A stretch of 61,931 nt of DNA, the filler included. It is 6 parts of 6 records of this genome, joined end to end, with 100 filler letters (N's around TTAATTAATTAA, not from the genome) between each part and the next. Parts side by side here need not be neighbours in the genome. Positions count along the whole stretch, not along the records: positions 44,346 to 61,931 come from SRR31147125_1111; 5 more parts are not named here. One strand, given 5' to 3'. Position 1 is the stretch's first letter. Each line of letters starts with the position of its first letter. A model generated the notes under the pieces. The model searched no databases and was not told where the DNA came from. It was given only the letters and a program-made list of their open reading frames with translations. Positions 55,472 to 61,931 of the stretch are shown one piece after another. Both the position numbers and the translations under genes were made by a program.

Positions 55472-55705
55472 TCAAAGCCTTGATGAAACAGTTTCTGGTT
55501 GTATTGCAGAAAGAATAACATGATTACTATCAGTAATGATACATGACCTTGTTTTTCTGCCGTAAGTTACATCTATTAGCCTATTGTCATCTCTAGCTGT
55601 GTTTATTATACGCTTTACAGGAGATGATTCTGGGCTGATAATAGCAATTACTCTATTAACCGAAACAATATTGTTAAACCCAATATTAATAAGTTTATCA
55701 GTCAT
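55472..55705 (-). CDS. remA: DUF370 / RemA family regulator
   Basis: [12 protein letters not shown]...SPESSP.KR...[10 protein letters not shown]...SAIQPET. Confidence 0.92.
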   Translation of the reverse strand: MTDKLINIGFNNIVSVNRVIAIISPESSPVKRIINTARDDNRLIDVTYGRKTRSCIITDSNHVILSAIQPETVSSRL

Positions 55706-55742
55706 AATGCGCACCTTTCAAAACACGCATTATAAATGCGTA

Positions 55743-56618
55743 TTATTCTATGTTTTGTATTTGCTCGCGAATCTTCTCTAGCTCGCTTTTAGCAGCAAGT
55801 ACACTATTTGTTATTTCCACATCCGACGATTTTGAACCAATAGTATTGAATTCTCTGTTAATCTCCTGAACTAAAAAGTCAAACTGTCTTCCGCAAGGTC
55901 CTTCTTTTTCGATATCGACAGTAAAACCCTTAAGGTGAGATTTTAGTCTAACCAGTTCTTCGGTGATGTTGCATCTGTCTGCAAAATAAGCAACTTCCGT
56001 ATTGAATCTTGCTTGGTCTATTTCTGTTTGATCCAACAATTCCGAAAGTCTAGCACTTAACTTTTGCCTATATTCTAAAACAACAGTATCTTCTTTAGAT
56101 TCAATTTTATCCGTTAGACTCAAAAGTGTTCCGAGTCTTTCGTTAATATCCTGCTTTAATATATTACCTTCTTTTTTCCTTGATTCAATAACACCATCAA
56201 GAGCCTCCTGCAAAGCAGAAGTTAAAAGATTACTAATGGCTTCTTCATCTTCTTTTTTGTCAGTAACTTTTATAGATTCTGGCATAGACATAAGCTTAGA
56301 AATTGCTATATCATTTGAAACGTTTAAACTTTCACTTATATTACGTGCAGCATCAATATAGCCTTGGATAATAGGGAAATTGATATCAACAGTTTTAGCA
56401 TCATCTCTAGTAGTTTGATAGTTAATAAAAATATCGACTCTACCACGTTTAAGGCGAGACTTAACTGTTTTCCTGACTTTCTCATCCAAAAAACTTAAAA
56501 ATCGAGGCATTCTCGGATTAATATCCAAATACCTGTGATTAATACATTTCATTTCAATACTAATGGTACGACCATCAACTTCAATTTCGCTTCTTCCAAA
56601 ACCAGTCATGCTAAGCAT
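55743..56618 (-). CDS. yicC: YicC/YloC family endoribonuclease
   Basis: MLSMTGFGR, NHRYLD, EELVRL.SH, QEINRE.NTIGSK, EKIREQIQNIE. Confidence 0.95.
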   Translation of the reverse strand: MLSMTGFGRSEIEVDGRTISIEMKCINHRYLDINPRMPRFLSFLDEKVRKTVKSRLKRGRVDIFINYQTTRDDAKTVDINFPIIQGYIDAARNISESLNVSNDIAISKLMSMPESIKVTDKKEDEEAISNLLTSALQEALDGVIESRKKEGNILKQDINERLGTLLSLTDKIESKEDTVVLEYRQKLSARLSELLDQTEIDQARFNTEVAYFADRCNITEELVRLKSHLKGFTVDIEKEGPCGRQFDFLVQEINREFNTIGSKSSDVEITNSVLAAKSELEKIREQIQNIE

Positions 56619-56690
56619 TATATTATTCTCCTAATGAACATAGTCTTTCAATTATAACACACCAATAGTGAAAAAGTATATATAAAAGAA

Positions 56691-56732
56691 AAAATACTAG
56701 GGAACGTTTTTTTAAACATTACCTAGTATTTT
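56691..56732 (-). terminator. Probable terminator after the substrate-binding protein gene
   Basis: AAAATACTAGG / CCTAGTATTTT inverted repeat. Confidence 0.65.
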
Positions 56733-56759
56733 ATATTTATACATGTCCAAGATTAATAT

Positions 56760-57863
56760 CTATTCTTCTGAATCTTCTGAATCTTCCTCATCTTCATCAA
56801 CTGGAGTTGGTGTTGGATCAGGAGGCATATCTGTTCCTTTCGCTGCTAAAGCGTATTCTGAATCATCTGTTCTGTATGTAGAAACGTTTTTCTTTGTAAT
56901 GATTTCATAATTCATTTCTACAAATTGTGGCAACGATACTTCTTTATCTTCTAATATACGGTTTGTATAAGTTGCTGTAATAGATGCTAAATCGTTAGGA
57001 CCATAAAAAATTGCTGCGTCAATTCTGCCGTCCTCAACAAGTCTTAAACAATCATCATCTCCGCCGATTGTAGTGATATACACACCGCTTTCCCCAGCAG
57101 CATCAATTGCATCTATTGCAGCAATAGCCATATCAGACGTTTCTGCAAATATACAGTGGATTTTAGCATTTTCCTGCAAAATTCTTGTAACCTGCTCTAC
57201 CGTTCTATCGTAATCATAATTGCAAGCTGGAGCCTCAACGAGTTCGGTATATCTAAAATCTTCAAGGCTTTCTAATACACCATCATAAATATACTGCATT
57301 TTAGAAGAATCTACACTGCCCCTAAGTATAACAACATATTTTTGTTTTCTAGTTATACTATCTAACTTTGTAAAAGTATGATCACCAATTTCTTTACCCA
57401 TTGATTTATAAAATGGACCAATAAGCATTCTGGTATGTGCATTTACGGATTCGTTTAGGTTTATAACTGGAATATTGTTAACCTCATATTCGCTTAGAAT
57501 ATATTCTAAATTATCTAAATCACTAGGATCTAATATCAATATTTCAACCTTCGAAAGCATATCGGCAAGATCTGAAACTTGCTTGTCATAACTTCCGTCG
57601 GCAAACATAGTTACAACACTGTATTCACTGTTTATATAAGCTTGTTCAAAGTGTTTTTGAAACTCTAAATTAAAAGCTGTAGAATCGGATAAACTAACGC
57701 CAATTAGCTTACCATCAGGCAGCGTCTCCTCAGGTTCTTCTGTTATCGTCAAAGGCGTTGGAGTAGCTTCCACTTCGCTAACTTCTTCTTTTTTTCCGCA
57801 CGCAATTAAAAGTAATGCAATCATAACAATAGTTACGCATAAAATTGTAATCTTTTTTATCAT
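56760..57863 (-). CDS. Sugar ABC-type substrate-binding lipoprotein (RbsB-like fold)
   Basis: Lipobox LIAC, LIGVSL, KQVSDL, DMAIAA; acidic tail. Confidence 0.85.
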   Translation of the reverse strand: MIKKITILCVTIVMIALLLIACGKKEEVSEVEATPTPLTITEEPEETLPDGKLIGVSLSDSTAFNLEFQKHFEQAYINSEYSVVTMFADGSYDKQVSDLADMLSKVEILILDPSDLDNLEYILSEYEVNNIPVINLNESVNAHTRMLIGPFYKSMGKEIGDHTFTKLDSITRKQKYVVILRGSVDSSKMQYIYDGVLESLEDFRYTELVEAPACNYDYDRTVEQVTRILQENAKIHCIFAETSDMAIAAIDAIDAAGESGVYITTIGGDDDCLRLVEDGRIDAAIFYGPNDLASITATYTNRILEDKEVSLPQFVEMNYEIITKKNVSTYRTDDSEYALAAKGTDMPPDPTPTPVDEDEEDSEDSEE

Positions 57864-58135
57864 TTTTTATAACCTCAATTATCTTAATGTCACATACAAA
57901 ATTTTATTTTTTGGGCAATATCAAGTATAGAATATGTGTTATTCATACTGAAAAAAGAAAAACTATTACTTAATATTCAAAAGATATTATATACCGAAAA
58001 AAAGATAAATGCAAAAAGACAGTGATTATTTTATAAAAAGTTAATATTAATTTTAATAAATTTGTCGTATAATGTTTTAAAGCATATGGGCGATGTTTTA
58101 GATTGCACCGATTTTAGCTGAACTAGGATGAAGAT

Positions 58136-59104
58136 ATGAGAAAAACTATTAGTACAATTATATTATTATTAATATGTATAAGCCTTGTTTCGTGTATGAA
58201 CACGTATGAAGAGCTTACTTTGTTTAAAAGAAGAATTGTACGTACAGACTTAAAAACGCGAAGCTTTGGTAACTATAACTCTGAAACAACAATATCTCAG
58301 CTTTTGACAACAGAAACTAGAGATTCAAGTTATAATTTTAATGAAAGTACAAAATTGGTATACGATACCATTTTTAACGGAACAGATTCAGTAGTAACTT
58401 ATCTTTTTGATAGTGATGGGGAAATAAAGGCTATCGAATATGAATTTTTCTTTGAAGATCAACAAGCAGAATACCAAATAAATAGAGTTTATGATGAATG
58501 TATAAAGTTTTTTGGCTATCCAGACGAAGGTTTTACAAGAAAGATTTATGATCACTTATATAAATCGCCATCAATACTTTGGGCAAAAAACAATTCGCTC
58601 TTGACTTTGGAATTTTGGATTAATGATGACTTAGAAACGCTTGGTAAGTTTAGATATTATAAAGCAAATTTTAATGATGGTACTCAAACAACATTTAACT
58701 TGCCTTTTACAATAAATGCTCTTGGCGACAGAATAGATAGTGTTGTTTCAACAGAATCAAAAAATTACAGTTCTAATTTCAATTCGGTAGTAGGGTATAG
58801 CAGTAAAACTGATGGTGTAGTTAATTATGATATCAATTATACTTTTAAAACTCAGTATTTGAGTAAAGTTAATATGATTTATTACACACAAAATATGAAC
58901 AAACAGCAGGCGGAGATTTTTGCCAAGGATATTTTAAACCTTATGTATGATGAGTTTTATGATGCTAATATTATTGATAATAGTAAAGGCGTGAAAACCA
59001 ATATATCTTTTAGGTGTGATGATATGAGAATAACATATTTATCGACAGGGGATTTGTCGGATAATATTGAAATTGAAATAGAATATTATGAAATTTTGCA
59101 TTAA
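58136..59104 (+). CDS. Hypothetical lipoprotein
   Basis: Lipobox LVSC; 322-aa ORF. Confidence 0.75.
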   Translation: MRKTISTIILLLICISLVSCMNTYEELTLFKRRIVRTDLKTRSFGNYNSETTISQLLTTETRDSSYNFNESTKLVYDTIFNGTDSVVTYLFDSDGEIKAIEYEFFFEDQQAEYQINRVYDECIKFFGYPDEGFTRKIYDHLYKSPSILWAKNNSLLTLEFWINDDLETLGKFRYYKANFNDGTQTTFNLPFTINALGDRIDSVVSTESKNYSSNFNSVVGYSSKTDGVVNYDINYTFKTQYLSKVNMIYYTQNMNKQQAEIFAKDILNLMYDEFYDANIIDNSKGVKTNISFRCDDMRITYLSTGDLSDNIEIEIEYYEILH

Positions 59105-59871
59105 AAAACAATTGGTATCTGGCTGGCTGCAAAAACCACTGCTAGAAACAATATCTCACCGCTTTCGTTAACGCTGCCAAGAACATCTCCAGTACAGCCT
59201 CCTAACTTTGCTTTAGATAGTTTAACATAAAAAAGACCTAAAATAATCATCAAAACAAAAATTAACAGAGCCCATAATTTGAAAAACAAGCCAAGGATTA
59301 TTGCGCATAGCCAAAAAATAATAATTACTTGGCGGAGCTTAATAAGTGTAATAATAGATTTTCCAGAGCCACTTTCTCTTGGATATTTAGAAAAATAAGC
59401 GCAAGTTATCATTGCTATTTTTGCACTAACAGGCATAGTCAGTAAGATTGGTAAGACGTCTAAACCATGATTGTAAATTTCATATAACAAAGAGATTTTT
59501 GCAGCATATAAAAACACGCATGCAGCAGTTCCGTAAGCGCCAACATGGCTATCTTTTAAAATATCCAAAGCTTTTTGTTTTGAATTAGAAACAAAAAAAG
59601 CATCTGCACAATCAATAAAACCATCCACATGTAAAGCTCCTGTTATTAAGGTTCCCGAAAAAACTGCTAACACTATTGCAAACAACGGAAGGCCTAGTTT
59701 TTCAAATAAAAAGAATAACACACACATTACTAATCCAACAAATAAAGATGTTATTGGAAAAAACAACGAAGTATTCGATACATCATCGTCAGTAAAATCA
59801 AATTTGATTTTTATATTTAATCTGGTCATGTACGCAAAACTTAGGCACATAATTTGATATATTTTCTTCAT
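59101..59871 (-). CDS. cobS: Adenosylcobinamide-GDP ribazoletransferase (cobalamin synthase)
   Basis: TGALHVDGFIDCAD, LKDSHVGAYG, GGCTGDVLG. Confidence 0.95.
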   Translation of the reverse strand: MKKIYQIMCLSFAYMTRLNIKIKFDFTDDDVSNTSLFFPITSLFVGLVMCVLFFLFEKLGLPLFAIVLAVFSGTLITGALHVDGFIDCADAFFVSNSKQKALDILKDSHVGAYGTAACVFLYAAKISLLYEIYNHGLDVLPILLTMPVSAKIAMITCAYFSKYPRESGSGKSIITLIKLRQVIIIFWLCAIILGLFFKLWALLIFVLMIILGLFYVKLSKAKLGGCTGDVLGSVNESGEILFLAVVFAASQIPIVF

Positions 59872-59888
59872 ACAATTCTCCTAAAATT

Positions 59889-60431
59889 TTATTTTAGCTT
59901 AATAGGTAACGCTGATACCATAAAATAAGCTTCATCACAGAGCTTAGCACAGAGTTGGTTTGCTCTGCCCTGAATATCTCTAAAGCATCTAGAAAGTCTG
60001 CTTAGTGGAACAATACCCATTCCGGTTTCGTTGCTGACAATAATTAGGCTTTTTTCTTGTTTTTTTGCACATTCAATAAACATTAAAACATCAGCTAAAA
60101 CTTCTTTTTCTATCTTTGCCTCTATCTCACAAGTAAGTTCTTGTCCACTGGGGGAATATTCCATAATATAGTTTGTAATCAAAACAGTTAAGCAATCCAA
60201 AAGAAAGATTTTACAATCGTTTTTTTCAATAACTTCAGTGATATTTTTGTGCTGTTCAAAAGTAATCCAGTTACTTGGTCTAGATTGCTGATGCAACTCT
60301 ATCCTTCGTTTCATTTCATCATCGGTAACAACGGCAGTCGCAATATACCCTACGTCATCAAAACGTTTTGCAATCTCCTCTGCATAGGCGCTCTTTCCAC
60401 TTCGTGCACCGCCTGTAATATAATATATCAT
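59889..60431 (-). CDS. cobU: Adenosylcobinamide kinase / guanylyltransferase
   Basis: GGARSGKS, YIAT, HQQSRP, DCLT, SNETGMG, FRDIQGRANQ. Confidence 0.96.
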   Translation of the reverse strand: MIYYITGGARSGKSAYAEEIAKRFDDVGYIATAVVTDDEMKRRIELHQQSRPSNWITFEQHKNITEVIEKNDCKIFLLDCLTVLITNYIMEYSPSGQELTCEIEAKIEKEVLADVLMFIECAKKQEKSLIIVSNETGMGIVPLSRLSRCFRDIQGRANQLCAKLCDEAYFMVSALPIKLK

Positions 60432-60560
60432 ATTGGCTTCCTTAGCTTTTTTGTATCTGATAGTTTAAATTATATACAACAATTATACTGTATGCAAATA
60501 GAATATATAAAGAAACAAATAAAATATGTTATAATAATGCAAAAAAGAGGTAATTTTATT

Positions 60561-61040
60561 ATGGCGAAAAAGCACAAAAAAACAAACGCAATGAGACATC
60601 TTGATAAACTGAAGATAGCATATAAGATTTATACATATGATGATAGTGATAATATGATAGACGGTGTGACAGTTGCTAATATGATTGGTTTGGATGTTAA
60701 AACTGTGTATAAGACTATTGTAACACAATGCAAAAATGAAATATTTGTTTTTGTAATAGCGGTGGATGAAGAACTCGATTTGAAAAAATGTGCCGCAGTA
60801 TTTAATAAAAAAAGCATTGAGTTGATTGCAATTTCGCAAATCAATAGTATTACTGGATATATTAAAGGTGGATGTTCGCCTATAGGAATGAAAAAGAGCT
60901 ATCAAACATGTTTTGATATACGTGCAAAAAAGCTTTCTAAGATTGTATTTAACGCAGGTAAGGTAGGCATGCAAGTTGAAATTGATGCCAGTGAAATAGA
61001 AAAAGCAACAGGGGCGGTGTTTTCGGATATTTGTTTATAG
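60561..61040 (+). CDS. ybaK: Cys-tRNA(Pro) deacylase
   Basis: KTNAMRHLD, VYKTIV, TGYIKGGCSPIGMKK; ATG at 60561 after GAGG. Confidence 0.93.
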   Translation: MAKKHKKTNAMRHLDKLKIAYKIYTYDDSDNMIDGVTVANMIGLDVKTVYKTIVTQCKNEIFVFVIAVDEELDLKKCAAVFNKKSIELIAISQINSITGYIKGGCSPIGMKKSYQTCFDIRAKKLSKIVFNAGKVGMQVEIDASEIEKATGAVFSDICL

Positions 61041-61043
61041 TTT

Positions 61044-61849
61044 TTAGTTTTGTTTTCTAAGTATCTTATTGTATACAAAATTCCTAGCACCACTACCAGC
61101 GATTCTTATAATAACTCTTGTAATAACATTGAATAAAAACGTAAAGATATTGATGTGTTTTTCTTTCATCAGCATATTATAAAAGGCATATTCGTATTTT
61201 ATATAACCAATTCCGCCTCTTCTTTTATCAAAATCTTCTATGCGCACATTTACTAAACATTCGTCTATGTTTTCAAACTCACAACCGTTAGAAAGCATTC
61301 TAATCCACAAATAGTAGTCTTCAAAATAGAACATTTCTTTGTAGTTTCCTGCGTTCAAAACAGAGGATTTTTTATACATAACAGTAACGTGGTTCATTGG
61401 GTTTCTTCTTTTGCAAAGTTAACAATATCATTATGATTACAAGGAACTTGTCTTACTCTTGCTAATTCCTTTTCGTCTGTGTAAAACTCGTTGATATACC
61501 CGCCTAAAATATCTAGATGAGAATTGTTTGTAAAATGAGCCATTTGCTTTTCAAACCGATCACTCACACTGATATCATCAGCATCCATTCTGGCAATAAT
61601 TTCATTTTTACATAGATTAATACCGTCAGAAAGCACAGATCCAAGACCTCTGTTTTTTTCAAAATAATGTACGTTAAGCTGTGGGTTTTGCAAAACAGAT
61701 TTCAAGTCAGAAGATATTTGTCCGTCAACCACAACCACAACTTCATCTGGCTTTAGTGTTTGATTCAATACACTATCTACAGCCTGTTTTAAATATTCGG
61801 GATCGTCTTTTTTATATACTGGCAGCAAGACGCTGAATTTATTAGACAT
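61044..61849 (-). CDS. Glycosyltransferase family 2 (AmsE-like), frameshift near 61400
   Basis: FSVLLPVYK, IARMDADD, MNHVTVM, EDYYLW, RRGG. Confidence 0.92.
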
Positions 61850-61931
61850 CACTTAATCTCCCCTTTTTCTTTTTTAACAACTTCAATATAGTTGTCGAAA
61901 TTCTTTGCGCTATATCCATGTTTTTCTAATA
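61849..61931 (-). CDS. C-terminal fragment of an upstream gene
   Basis: Open frame LEKHGYSAKNFDNYIEVVKKEKGEIK*, overlapping the GT2 start. Confidence 0.45.
   Translation of the reverse strand, partial: LEKHGYSAKNFDNYIEVVKKEKGEIK

Noticed and set aside
58080..58135. Possible riboswitch before the lipoprotein gene
   Set aside because: Short, with no recognisable aptamer consensus
60249..60560. N-terminal extension of YbaK in the ORF track
   Set aside because: It overlaps cobU on the opposite strand; the likely start is ATG at 60561 after GAGG

Overview
This is not one genomic locus. It is six unrelated metagenomic contigs joined by artificial 100-nt linkers (N44-TTAATTAATTAA-N44) at 9477-9576, 19794-19893, 28514-28613, 38695-38794 and 44246-44345. 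Contig 1 (1-9476, very AT-rich anaerobe, possibly Fusobacteriota-like) has a degenerate EAL protein divergent from a kinase-dead REC-Hpt protein, an EamA transporter, DUF134, YhcH/YjgK and larC-larE-larB. Contig 2 (9577-19793, spirochaete-like) has mtaB, an AraC regulator plus UroD-like enzyme, argS, rplU-rpmA-obgE-nadD-yqeK-orf-rsfS, a very acidic small protein and ispE. Contig 3 (19894-28513) is a GH57-based glycogen operon with a two-component system inserted between glgA and glgC. Contig 4 (28614-38694, Desulfuromonadales-like) has a CDF transporter, an orf and mutS-amidase-glnD-xerD-apgM. Contig 5 (38795-44245, Bacteroidales-like) has PBP1A, an aminotransferase, a PorT-like protein and a thioredoxin-like protein. 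Contig 6 (44346-61931, Clostridia-like) has LytTR/DUF3021, a BspA-type LRR protein, a DEAD-box helicase, DUF2975/XRE, yicC-remA-gmk-rpoZ-coaBC, cobU-cobS, ybaK and a GT2. About a dozen genes are split by small frameshifts, mostly at homopolymers, which looks like 454/Ion-type sequencing error. I saw no rRNA, tRNA, CRISPR array, reverse transcriptase or transposon. Taxonomic labels are inferred from composition and gene order. The best candidates for undescribed biology are the pseudo-enzyme signalling pair, the glycogen-operon two-component system with a Cys-rich PAS sensor, the lar cassette without larA, the AraC/UroD-like pair, and a possible RNA switch between yicC and remA.
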